DNA of 64,000 nucleotides from Candidatus Poribacteria bacterium (GCA_965205025.1 CBDBFU010000011.1:32001-96000); one strand, 5' to 3'; shown: positions 1 through 9,321, numbered from the stretch's first letter. Translations and numbers: made by a program. Notes: generated by a model not told the origin, from the letters alone.

Positions 1-824
1 TAGTTTGTATGGGACCTATGAGAAATCGACAGATAAATCCACACATGTTAGTGGCTGCAGCAGAATGTGAAGTTGATGAAATATATAAATGTGGGGGGGC
101 ACAAGCAGTTGGGGCTATGGCTTATGGAACAGAGACAATATCCCCTGTAGATAAGATTGTTGGTCCTGGAAACCTATATGTACAACTCGCAAAAAAAGAG
201 GTATACGGACATGTAGATATTGATAAATTAGCAGGTCCCAGTGAGATTCTCGTCATTGCAGACAGTACTGCCGACCCAGATTATGTTGCTGCTGACCTAA
301 TATCTCAAGCAGAACATGGTCCTGAATGTTCTGCGATCCTTCTTACAACATCCAGGGGTTTCGCTGAACAAGTAAAAGCAGCTATAGAAATACAAGCACG
401 CACTTTTCCACGACAATATGAACTTGTTAAAGCATTTGAAAACCATGGAGTTGCTTTTTTAGTGAATAATATTACTGAAGCAATACATCTTGCAAACGAA
501 ATCGCTCCTGAACATGTAGAATTACATTTAGAAGATCCTTTTGATTGGATAGGAGGGATTAGGAATGCTGGGGCGATTCTTATCGGTCCTTATTCTCCTG
601 AGGCTGTAGGGGATTACATTGCAGGACCAAACCATATATTACCTACTGGAGGGGCTGCTCGTTACGCATCTCCATTAAGTGTCGATGATTTCCTAAAGAA
701 AACAAGTCTAATTTCATACACTAAAACTGCATTGGAGAAGGTCACACCTGATGCTGTAGAACTTGCACAAATTGAAGGATTGGATGGGCATGCTGCAGCC
801 TTAAAAATTAGATTTGATGATTAA
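1..824 (+). CDS. hisD: Histidinol dehydrogenase, 5' part outside window
   Basis: Motifs [44 protein letters not shown]; frame is open back to the window edge. Confidence 0.95.
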   Translation, partial: VCMGPMRNRQINPHMLVAAAECEVDEIYKCGGAQAVGAMAYGTETISPVDKIVGPGNLYVQLAKKEVYGHVDIDKLAGPSEILVIADSTADPDYVAADLISQAEHGPECSAILLTTSRGFAEQVKAAIEIQARTFPRQYELVKAFENHGVAFLVNNITEAIHLANEIAPEHVELHLEDPFDWIGGIRNAGAILIGPYSPEAVGDYIAGPNHILPTGGAARYASPLSVDDFLKKTSLISYTKTALEKVTPDAVELAQIEGLDGHAAALKIRFDD

Positions 825-872
825 TCACAACTAAAATATAATAGAACACAATAAGCATAAATTATACAACTG

Positions 873-1535
873 ATGAGTAAACAATATCCTACCATGACAC
901 CAATTTCAACCTTTTCAATAGTAGGTTTTGATCAAACAAATAATGATTTAGGTATTGCTGTTCAATCGAAGTTTTTCGCAGTAGGTTCAGTCGTACCATG
1001 GGCAGAAGCTGGGATTGGTGCAGTTGCAACACAATCTTGGGCAAATACTACCTATGGTCCCAGAGGATTAGAATTATTGAAAATAGGACTGACTACACAA
1101 CAAACTTTGGACCATCTGATTGAAGATGATCCTGGAAGTAAAACACGGCAGGTAGGTATTATTGACGCACAGGGAAATGTGGCAAACTTCACTGGTGAAG
1201 AATGTCATGAATGGGCAGGGGCTTATTCTGGAAAGAATTATACCGCACAAGGAAATCTACTTACTGGGGAAAAAGTCGTAGAGGAGATGGGATTTACCTT
1301 TGAAGGTACAGATGGAGAATTAGCTGATAAGTTAGTTGCAGCTCTTGTTGCCGGACAGAAGAGTGGTGGAGATAAGCGAGGACAACAATCTGCTGCCTTA
1401 TTAGTCGTAAGAAAAAATGGTGGATACGGTGGATTTAATGACCGCTATATAGATCTACGGGTTGACGACGCAGAAAAACCAATTGAAGAACTTGTAAGAT
1501 TATTGCAAATTCATAAGAAACTAATACCTCGGTAG
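873..1535 (+). CDS. DUF1028-family (Ntn-hydrolase-like) protein
   Basis: TFSIV start, AVQSKFFAVG, GGDKRGQQSAAL, DLRVDD. Confidence 0.85.
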   Translation: MSKQYPTMTPISTFSIVGFDQTNNDLGIAVQSKFFAVGSVVPWAEAGIGAVATQSWANTTYGPRGLELLKIGLTTQQTLDHLIEDDPGSKTRQVGIIDAQGNVANFTGEECHEWAGAYSGKNYTAQGNLLTGEKVVEEMGFTFEGTDGELADKLVAALVAGQKSGGDKRGQQSAALLVVRKNGGYGGFNDRYIDLRVDDAEKPIEELVRLLQIHKKLIPR

Positions 1536-1697
1536 TGTTAGTCACTCAATAATTGGTTATCTAACGTTCACAAATATTGATTCAATTTATAACCCAAGTT
1601 GCTACGAACGGATTTTGTTCGTTTCAACACAGTTTTCAGACACTTTCCACACCCCAGAAAGGTGATATGTCTATAGAAAAAGTTATATCAACATCCT

Positions 1698-1719
1698 GCA
1701 CTCCAGCGGAGTGCTATGT
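1698..1719. repeat. Short palindromic repeat GCACTCCAGCGGAGTGCTATGT; further copies at 7063-7085 and 7104-7134 (reverse) and 12594-12616
   Basis: Four near-identical intergenic copies seen directly. Confidence 0.85.
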
Positions 1720-1854
1720 AAGTAAATAGGTGGCAACATAGGTTAATTATAAGTATGCTTTCTTGTTCAGTTCTATTTATATATTGACATTTAATCTCTC
1801 TTTTGCTTAAAATCTTTATAACTCTAACACTTATATTTTATAGAGGAGTTTCTA

Positions 1855-2637
1855 ATGCTTACCCAAGAACAAGTTGATTTTTACAACGAGAACGGATATC
1901 TCAAAGTAGAACAACTTTTTTCTCCTGAGGATACAGAAGAATTGGCTTCTGAGATGGTGCGAATTATAAATAATTGGGGACAGGAAACAATAGGTTGGCC
2001 TGGTCCTTGGCGAACAAAGTATCTAAATGAAGAAGACCAACAAACTACTAAAGCAGTGTTTATGCACAATCCCCACTTTTATTCTGCAGCGTGGGGGAGA
2101 GTCATCTTTCATGAACGTCTAACTGGGGCTGTTCAATCACTAATAGGAAATAGAGTCCAATGGCACCATACTGTCTTACACGCAAAACCACCTGAAAAAG
2201 GTACGCCTTTCCCTATGCATCAAGACTACCCATTTTATCCACATGATGGACTCGATTTTGTTGATTGTCTTGTACATCTTGATGATGCTCCCTTTGAGAG
2301 TGGGGCGTTAAGAGTTGTTCCTGGAAGTCATAAAGAGGGACCCCGCGAACACATCACTGGAGAAGGCACAGCACCGCACCTTCCCACTGACAAATTCCAT
2401 CCTGATTTTATCGACTCTATTCCTGTTCCGGCAAATGCAGGGGATGTGATTTTCTTTAGTTATTGTTTGATTCATTGGTCAGAAGTCAATCGCACAGATC
2501 AATGGAGAAAAGCAGTACGTTTCGGCTATCACACTCCTGAGATGCGACCTGTTGGAAGGGATCCAAATGAACCATATAACAACATTATAGCAGGTGGATT
2601 TAAGGATAATCCTGCTGCAGAGGAAATACAGATCTAA
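1855..2637 (+). CDS. Phytanoyl-CoA dioxygenase (PhyH) family Fe(II)/2OG dioxygenase
   Basis: FYNENGY start, HQD motif, VPGSH, distal His, RKAV; GAGGAG RBS. Confidence 0.9.
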   Translation: MLTQEQVDFYNENGYLKVEQLFSPEDTEELASEMVRIINNWGQETIGWPGPWRTKYLNEEDQQTTKAVFMHNPHFYSAAWGRVIFHERLTGAVQSLIGNRVQWHHTVLHAKPPEKGTPFPMHQDYPFYPHDGLDFVDCLVHLDDAPFESGALRVVPGSHKEGPREHITGEGTAPHLPTDKFHPDFIDSIPVPANAGDVIFFSYCLIHWSEVNRTDQWRKAVRFGYHTPEMRPVGRDPNEPYNNIIAGGFKDNPAAEEIQI

Positions 2638-2656
2638 ATTCTCTATATTGATGAAT

Positions 2657-2696
2657 AGGTAATAATATTGGCACTTCCTGCCAATGTTATTACCTT
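2657..2696. terminator. Hairpin between convergent genes, probable bidirectional terminator
   Basis: AGGTAATAATATTGGCA...TGCCAATGTTATTACCT inverted repeat. Confidence 0.65.
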
Positions 2697-2739
2697 GTAT
2701 AAATCAAAATTAAACTTGCCTGAAGTCATTGACTGGAGA

Positions 2740-3729
2740 TCAGGCTTTATAAAATTCTACTGTTCTACCTGCCATATCCGCAACCTTATCTATTAACTTC
2801 TGACGTTCATCGTCATTCATTCCATTGAATTTCTTGGCTAATTCAATTTTCTCTTTCATTTGTTCAGCGTTATCAGGTCCGGTAACAAGAGTACTCACTG
2901 GAAATGACCAGACAAACCGGATGGCTTCAGATATACTTACCCTATTTGGAACGACTCTCGGATTCGGACCGTGTCTTCCGTGTCTTGTTCCTCCGAAGAA
3001 ACCTCCATTCGCCAATGACTTCATTCCTATTACACCTATATTTCGTTCTACGAGTGTAGGTATTATCTTTTCAATAAAACTCTCATAATTAATATCGGTT
3101 AAATTCACTGGTAACTGACAAGCGTCAAAAATGTCAGAATGATGCATCACGCGTTGATGAGCAGAAGGACTTGTATGTCCTGTAAAACCAATAAATCTTG
3201 TTTTACCTGAATTCTTAGCTTCTGCCATTACATCAAATACACCACCATTGACCCTGCCATCAACATCCTCAGGATTACGTACTGCGTGTACTTGCCAAAG
3301 GTCTATTTGGTCGGTATTAAGACGTTTAAGAGTTCCTTCAATATGTTTTCTGGCTGTATCTGCATCACGAGCAGTTGTTTTTGACATTATAAAAATATCA
3401 TCACGATATTTCGGGATTAATAGCTTACCTAAACGTTGTTCACTACCACCGGCTTGATAGGATTCTGCTGAATCAAAAAAGCGGACACCACCTTCAAGAG
3501 CTGTTTCGATCGTCTTTTGTGCTTCTTTTTCGGACATATCACCGATATGCCAACCACCCACTCCTAACATCGTTACAGTTTCATTCGTTCTACCAAATTT
3601 TCGTAAAGGAAGAAGTGTACCTAACCTATCGCTTGATTGTGGGTCTTGCCCCTCAGAATTGGATGAAGATAGAAGTATACCTGTTGTCAATCCTGCCAAA
3701 GTTTTTAGAAATCCACGTCGATCAATCAT
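2740..3729 (-). CDS. Tat-exported aldo/keto reductase
   Basis: RRGFLK twin-arginine motif after ATG 3729; FFDSAESY, MSK, IDLWQVH, IGFTGH. Confidence 0.88.
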   Translation of the reverse strand: MIDRRGFLKTLAGLTTGILLSSSNSEGQDPQSSDRLGTLLPLRKFGRTNETVTMLGVGGWHIGDMSEKEAQKTIETALEGGVRFFDSAESYQAGGSEQRLGKLLIPKYRDDIFIMSKTTARDADTARKHIEGTLKRLNTDQIDLWQVHAVRNPEDVDGRVNGGVFDVMAEAKNSGKTRFIGFTGHTSPSAHQRVMHHSDIFDACQLPVNLTDINYESFIEKIIPTLVERNIGVIGMKSLANGGFFGGTRHGRHGPNPRVVPNRVSISEAIRFVWSFPVSTLVTGPDNAEQMKEKIELAKKFNGMNDDERQKLIDKVADMAGRTVEFYKA

Positions 3730-3996
3730 GTAATCACCTCCATATCCATAATACATAGATTGATTTTTATAGTCAACAATTAAATTCAAGTGTACCGTGA
3801 GTTTGATAATAGATAGGACTTACACATTTCCTCTTTGTCTGTAGCCCCGGTGGATGCCTTAATGGCATTTTCCTGATATAATACACCTTTTCATCTATTA
3901 TCTTTTATCCGCTTATGTGACACGGTTCCCTCAAGTATCATCTAATCCTATTTTAACACATTTCACTTGTTTTGGGTATTTTTGCTAACTCACAAA

Positions 3997-4028
3997 AAGG
4001 CAGATATCCAATAACGGATACCTGCCTT
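3997..4028 (-). terminator. Intrinsic terminator after the Cys/His-rich gene
   Basis: AAAGGCAGATATCC...GGATACCTGCCTTT stem with U-tract on the minus strand. Confidence 0.7.
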
Positions 4029-4059
4029 TAAAGACTAATATTCTGTCAAGGAGACAACT

Positions 4060-5511
4060 TTACTCTTCTCTTGCATAACAGCTCAAACCATTCTTCTTAC
4101 GATAAGGCTTGTTACAAATCGGAGCTGTAGATGATACACACTTCTGCCACGTTTGACTGCAAAAACGGCACGTCCGAATCCGATGCTTATTTATCTGATT
4201 TGCTTTACTCGGATCATACTTATGACCATTGGCACACGTCGCTTGGCACGTATGCGACTGACACTTATAGAAATTTGTCACTGTGCAACTGCTATTGATT
4301 AGACAAGACGCTTGTAAGGAATGATCTCCAGCGACACTCGTTAGATGAACTCCACACGCATGGTAAGTTGGCGTCGGCGCCGGAGTAGGATCCGGAGTAG
4401 GAGAAGGATCAGGGTCAGGCGTGGGGGTAGGAGACGGAGTTGAGGTTGTGGTGTCATCATCATCAGCGTTAACGTGTTTGCTTGCATTCGTACAAGTATC
4501 AACACCAGCACAACTATAATAAGTTCCATGACACCTGTTAAAAAGCCATAAACTCGATGAAGTCCGAGGGACTTTCTCATTACAATGCACTAAATGTGGT
4601 ACATGATAACTACTAAGAGTAGGATGCTCAGGAAGGAAACCTACACTGTAACCAGCCCACCTTTTTATCACATTGTATTCACCACAGACACCAGGACATT
4701 TGTGCTTGTGATAATAACTCAATGGACACTCAGAAGAAGTTTTAGGTGGACAAATCCAATAAGAATAGGGTGATGAGACCGCCTCTGTTATTTTTGATGG
4801 ATCTATTACGGGAGAACTCAAGTATACGTGCTTTTCGGTACAAGTACGACGATGCCCTGTATAACTACCTGCCGATCCACCTTCAGATAAAGTCAAAATG
4901 TTCCGAAGTCCATGCGTAGAAGCAGTATAAACCGTATTACATTTCGGATTCTTACATGATATACTTGGATTGACAATCACAGGATCACTCGGAAAGTTTC
5001 CTAACATAACAAATTCTTCAACTTCAGACTGTTTTAATTTATGCACATCATAGTGATCTTTATAATGTTTATGTGCCGTCTTGAATTTCTCTACCGCACT
5101 TGCTACAGCCACATTTTGATTTTGAATTTCGATAGCTTTGTTCACACGTTTAGCAGCCAAGTCGTATGCGTCTGCAATGTCTATCATCTGCTTAGACATT
5201 GCCGATGTCACAGAAGACACAGCACCCAGGACATCTATTTGAACAGCATCGACAAGATCAATAGCATTATCAATCATATCCTCTGTGTTGTCATCCCATT
5301 GCACACCCAGCATCGCATACTCAATTTCAAGCCTTTCCATGGCTCTCCACTCATCCTGTAAATCATCTCGTTTGTCGTTATATACGCCTAAAGCAAGTGC
5401 TACAGATCCCTCTGTATAGTACATATTCGGGTCATGTGCTTCCCCTTTATAAAAAAGAAGACTCCCAATGAAAATTATCAAGATCATAAATGAAAATTTT
5501 TTGTAAAACAT
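4060..5511 (-). CDS. Secreted hypothetical protein: helical N-domain, Cys/His-rich repeats, Pro/Thr linker
   Basis: Signal peptide, AGGAGG RBS, 22 Cys in the C-terminal ~300 aa, TPSPTPTPDPDP linker. Confidence 0.8.
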   Translation of the reverse strand: MFYKKFSFMILIIFIGSLLFYKGEAHDPNMYYTEGSVALALGVYNDKRDDLQDEWRAMERLEIEYAMLGVQWDDNTEDMIDNAIDLVDAVQIDVLGAVSSVTSAMSKQMIDIADAYDLAAKRVNKAIEIQNQNVAVASAVEKFKTAHKHYKDHYDVHKLKQSEVEEFVMLGNFPSDPVIVNPSISCKNPKCNTVYTASTHGLRNILTLSEGGSAGSYTGHRRTCTEKHVYLSSPVIDPSKITEAVSSPYSYWICPPKTSSECPLSYYHKHKCPGVCGEYNVIKRWAGYSVGFLPEHPTLSSYHVPHLVHCNEKVPRTSSSLWLFNRCHGTYYSCAGVDTCTNASKHVNADDDDTTTSTPSPTPTPDPDPSPTPDPTPAPTPTYHACGVHLTSVAGDHSLQASCLINSSCTVTNFYKCQSHTCQATCANGHKYDPSKANQINKHRIRTCRFCSQTWQKCVSSTAPICNKPYRKKNGLSCYAREE

Positions 5512-5523
5512 TGTTGCCTCCTT

Positions 5524-6117
5524 TTAGTTTGAAACAGGAAAACCTTCGTATAGTTTCTTGTATTCTGTACGTAGATTTTCTACTACTTCAGGACGACCCA
5601 ATTCAATAGCGTCTTCTATTTGTTCCCCTAACTTTGTCTGTATATTCACAATGGCAACAAGTCTAAGCTCCGCCTCAACGTTATCACCATAGTTTTCAAG
5701 GTTTCTTGTCAATTTCAGACGCTCATATTCTGCCTGTTCTTCTTCTGTCATGGGACGAAAATAGTTAAAATCAATTTTCGTGTCCCCATTCTCAAACACA
5801 AGCTTGGGGTCCCACCCATCAAACTTTTCCCGCTCTGGATCGTAGATATAATCAGGTTTCTTCTGATCTTTATCCACAATCTCTACATCGACAATCGGTT
5901 CATGTGGTTCATCGTGCCATTCATCTCCATGCCAATGTCCGTTAGGAGAGGCACCGGGTGGAGGCTTCCTTGCTTCTCTCGCCTTTTCAATGTCTGCTTC
6001 TGTTGGCAGTTTATACCTCGTTTCTGGTTCCGGATCGGGTTGCAACATAAAGTATACTCCCACAACACCGATAATAAGAATGAGGGAAGCGATCCCCCAA
6101 TACATTTTCTTTCTCAT
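5524..6117 (-). CDS. Membrane-anchored hypothetical protein with PPPG...GHWHGDEWH motif
   Basis: AAGGAG RBS 8 nt before ATG 6117; N-terminal TM helix; His/Trp-rich motif. Confidence 0.8.
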   Translation of the reverse strand: MRKKMYWGIASLILIIGVVGVYFMLQPDPEPETRYKLPTEADIEKAREARKPPPGASPNGHWHGDEWHDEPHEPIVDVEIVDKDQKKPDYIYDPEREKFDGWDPKLVFENGDTKIDFNYFRPMTEEEQAEYERLKLTRNLENYGDNVEAELRLVAIVNIQTKLGEQIEDAIELGRPEVVENLRTEYKKLYEGFPVSN

Positions 6118-6122
6118 AAGTT

Positions 6123-6449
6123 TCACTCCTTATATAAAGAGCCACCCTTCTGTTTTACAGTGTCCAGCGAACAAGGTGGTTTCGGATTTCGTTTTGGACA
6201 AATCGGAAATGGTTGAACTCTGGGAAACTCTCCCGATTCACACCCACCAAGAGATTTCAGTGGGGTCGGACACCGCTCAAAATTCGGAGAGTATTCACGA
6301 GGTAAACATTCCCAACCAATCCATCGTTCACCATTCGGATTACAACGTTGCGTGGTGTTTGCATCAACACCAAACAAAAATATACCGCCTACATAAATGC
6401 AGGTAAAAATAATTATCGTAATAGAGAGGACCTTGTAGTCTTGTCTCAT
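6123..6449 (-). CDS. Small hypothetical secreted/membrane protein with 6 Cys in the mature part
   Basis: AAGGAG RBS before ATG 6449; hydrophobic N-terminus; ends at the RBS of the next gene. Confidence 0.5.
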   Translation of the reverse strand: MRQDYKVLSITIIIFTCIYVGGIFLFGVDANTTQRCNPNGERWIGWECLPREYSPNFERCPTPLKSLGGCESGEFPRVQPFPICPKRNPKPPCSLDTVKQKGGSLYKE

Positions 6450-6564
6450 GCTGTGCTCCTTTGAAGAATGAAGCAAGTTAATTGTATAGACAGACTACAG
6501 AGATGTGGAAGGAAAAAGAGTCTATAATGTAATCTCTGTAGAGGTCGCTGGTATTTAGTCACAT

Positions 6565-6593
6565 GTGACATTAGTGTCAATTCATGTTATAAT
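6565..6593 (+). promoter_or_regulatory. Sigma70-type promoter of the antisense sRNA
   Basis: GTGACA (6565-6570), 17 bp, TG-n-TATAAT (6588-6593). Confidence 0.6.
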
Positions 6594-6660
6594 AAAACCA
6601 GCGCTGTCGTAATATGTCTACTTCAGTGCCGCATCGGCAGCTCGTACACTGCCGGTGCAT
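6577..6660 (-). CDS. Putative 27-aa leader peptide MHRQCTSCRCGTEVDILRQRWFYYNMN
   Basis: GGAGG 11 nt upstream of ATG 6660; lies downstream of a consensus promoter; below the ORF-track size cut-off. Confidence 0.4.
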   Translation of the reverse strand: MHRQCTSCRCGTEVDILRQRWFYYNMN

Positions 6661-6666
6661 TTTTTT
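6599..6666 (+). ncRNA. Putative ~70-nt cis-antisense small RNA
   Basis: Bounded by the promoter at 6565-6593 and the terminator GCATCGGCAG-loop-CTGCCGGTGC followed by T7 (6631-6666). Confidence 0.5.
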
Positions 6667-6717
6667 AGCACCCTCCGATGTCGTTCACGCATATCGTGAA
6701 TTCTAACATCTTCCTAT

Positions 6718-6747
6718 ATTATAGAAAAAATTATTAAAAATTGTCAA
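6718..6747 (-). promoter_or_regulatory. Consensus sigma70 promoter for the 6449-4060 operon
   Basis: Minus strand TTGACA, 18 bp, TATAAT. Confidence 0.7.
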
Positions 6748-6827
6748 CATTTATTTTTCTACAACATATTATAGATCATACAATTTTTTCATTTTTAATG
6801 CAAGTCTTTTTTTACTACTATATGTAT

Positions 6828-6852
6828 GGGTGTGTAAACTTTTTGGCATGAA
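6828..6852. repeat. IS-end-like repeat GGGTGTGTAAA(C/G)TTTTTGGCATGAA; related copies at 7250-7280 and 36288-36309, and reverse at 8361-8380, 41800-41827 and 59285-59306
   Basis: Direct sequence comparison; all copies intergenic. Confidence 0.65.
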
Positions 6853-6871
6853 AATCAGGTTGCCTTTGTGT

Positions 6872-7024
6872 AGTGTTAATATTTATCGTTTTTATATGAT
6901 AGCACTTTCACGGAAACCTTCACGGAGCAATTTTACGAAGCCTTATTCTATAAGGGTTTGTAATTTTAACTATTCCAATTTTCCGTGAATCACATACGTT
7001 AATTATATTATAACTAAAGTGTGT
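6872..7024. repeat. ~150-bp dispersed non-coding repeat (module A); inverted copy at 52538-52690
   Basis: GCACTTTCACGGAAACCTTCACGGAGCAATT...CCTTATTCTATAAG...CCGTGAATCACATA shared by both copies. Confidence 0.9.
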
Positions 7025-7382
7025 ATTTAGTACTTATCTGTTTTTCATACGAAGTGTATTGGGACATAGCATTCCGCTGGAGTGCCAGACTGTCCGATAT
7101 TGTTTTCTATAGACATAGTACTCCGCTGGAGTACGGTATTTTTGATATAGAAAACTCCAAAAAATAGACTTATCATTAGATTCTTAGTTACCCCCTGAAA
7201 TAGAATTGTCAAAATTATAGTAGTGAAGAATAAACTGTAATTCTCGAAAGGGTGTGTAAAGTTTTTGGCATGAATATCACGGATCATAGGGTTATTAGCT
7301 TATAGTTGGTAGTTATTAATTTACAGTTGTTAGTTTTTTAGTTGTTCACAATAGTTATATTTATGTTTTCTATATGTTGAAT

Positions 7383-7515
7383 AAAGTTACACTTTTTGTC
7401 ACATGGTGTGACATTGGTAAAACTCCTCTCTCGTCAGTACTACAATGGGTTTAGAGCCATTTTTTTAAGGTCACAAGAATTTGTTAAAATTATAAAATGG
7501 GATGAATTTTGTGTC
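7383..7515. repeat. ~130-bp dispersed non-coding repeat (module B); direct copy at 40357-40479
   Basis: AAAGTTACACTTTTTGTCACAT-x-GTGTGACATTG...TTTAGAGCCATTTT...GATGAATTTTGTGTC shared. Confidence 0.85.
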
Positions 7516-8529
7516 TTTTACTTTTGTTTTTGATCCATTGATTTAGGATTGTTTGAATGTGATGTTTTTTATCTATCCATTTTGACATGGTATTAGAATA
7601 TATTCGATAAATCATAGATTCGGAGGATTCTTTGTACGTACCATTTGCTATATTTTCAACCAACGGCCTGGGAAACACCAATTCTATGAAGAGAATTATA
7701 TCTGTATGGACGATTCTTAGTAATGAGATACACTGTAGTTTTCTGGTGTGTATGATAGTCTGTTTTGTTTGAAGTCGGTCTAATTTTAAGTTTTTTGAGT
7801 TATTCAAGTTTTTCAAGTTTTTTGAGTTGCTTTTTAGGAAATGATTTTTTAATGAGCCGAAAACCCTGTTGAGGGTTGGGATAACAAAGGATTTGAGTAA
7901 TAGGTGTAAAATTTTAAAATTTGAAAAACTAAAAAAATATTTGGTTGAATTCGCATTGATTTTCCTCTGTATCTGCTTATAAGGTGATAATTCTGAATGT
8001 TTTAGTTGTAATTCTAACATGGATTTTCCTATTTCCCAGATAGTGGATTTGGTTGAATTTGGCATAAAGTTTAGAAGCCTAAATAATTAGCCAAAATAAT
8101 TAGAAGAGAGTTACACTTTCACAACATAAATAATATTTCGTATCTTCCAAGTAATATATTATTTTTAGTTAATAATTAGTGGACGATATAGTATTGTATC
8201 ATTTTATTTGCATTTTGACAAATATTTTTAATTTATTTTATGTTATTGTGATATATGTGTGTTAGTTGTTAGACGTTCCTATTTTCTTCAAAATTATTTT
8301 AAGTCTTATGGAAAAAGTGTGAAATTAGAATTTGATACAGTTTATATTCAGTAAATTAATGTCATAAACTTTAGACACCCCGATACAAGAAATCATTTGA
8401 CTTATCAAGTCAATTTTGCTATCCTTAATATAGAAATAATCCTATTTTAAATTAGATTCAATATAAGTTTTTCTCCTCTATTAGGAAATATTCGCTAAAT
8501 AAGAATTGTTATATAATTCAAGGGGTAAT

Positions 8530-9312
8530 ATGAATTACAATAAACATAATACAAGAAACCGTGTTGGATACATAATCGGTTTGTCTATCTTAATGTTCTC
8601 ATTCCTAATCTTCACTGAAATAGTAAATGCAGAAGATCTTGTTTTACACTTATCATTTGATGAGCTTAATGGAAAAGTATCCAAAGATTCATCTGAATTC
8701 CGAAATGATGTGACTTTTACCGGTTCACCTAAACTTGTTGATGGTAAATTTGGAAATGCAATTGATTTCGATGGAAAAACACATGGTGAAGTTCCTGATC
8801 ATTCCAGTATTGATATTGTTGATGGAATTACAATTGAATTCTGGGCAAAATTAAGAGCTGGAGCAGATGTTCAAACAGGAGTAGAAAAAGGTCCCGCATG
8901 GGGTGCAGGTTTATATACCCTCGCTGCCTTCTATCGTGGTGGTTCTATTCTACAATTCTTTGATTTGCCCGATAATTGTGATGATGAAAATGTTGGTGGA
9001 AGTATACTTGATGGAAATTGGCATTTTTTGGCGGGTACATGGGACGGGAATACCATCAAACTTTACATTGATGGTGTCTTGAATAAACAATTAGATTGTA
9101 AAGGTGAACTTGTTCCAAACAATGGAGCATTATATATCGGTGCAAGGGGAGGAAAAGAACGGTATGTCACCGGCGCACTTGATGAAATAAAGATGTATAA
9201 CTATGCTCTAACTGAGGATGAGTTGCTTACGGATATGGACAATCCATTACTTCTAAACGTAGAACCCAAAGGAAAACTCGCTACTACTTGGGCACGACTT
9301 AAAGGCAAATAA
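8530..9312 (+). CDS. Secreted LamG/concanavalin A-like jellyroll protein with C-terminal TW tail
   Basis: GKFGNAIDFDG, WHFLAGTWDG, LYIDG, GALDEIKMYN; ends VEPKGKLATTWARLK. Confidence 0.88.
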   Translation: MNYNKHNTRNRVGYIIGLSILMFSFLIFTEIVNAEDLVLHLSFDELNGKVSKDSSEFRNDVTFTGSPKLVDGKFGNAIDFDGKTHGEVPDHSSIDIVDGITIEFWAKLRAGADVQTGVEKGPAWGAGLYTLAAFYRGGSILQFFDLPDNCDDENVGGSILDGNWHFLAGTWDGNTIKLYIDGVLNKQLDCKGELVPNNGALYIGARGGKERYVTGALDEIKMYNYALTEDELLTDMDNPLLLNVEPKGKLATTWARLKGK

Positions 9313-9321
9313 GGTTAATTC

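Noticed and set aside
4060-5000. Multiheme cytochrome interpretation of the Cys/His-rich protein
   Set aside because: No CxxCH motifs
7045-7287. 80-aa ORF
   Set aside because: Runs through two REP-like palindromes and an IS-end-like repeat
7490-8065. 191-aa minus-strand ORF
   Set aside because: K/N/I/L-rich low-complexity translation of AT-rich repeat-laden DNA; no motif or clear RBS
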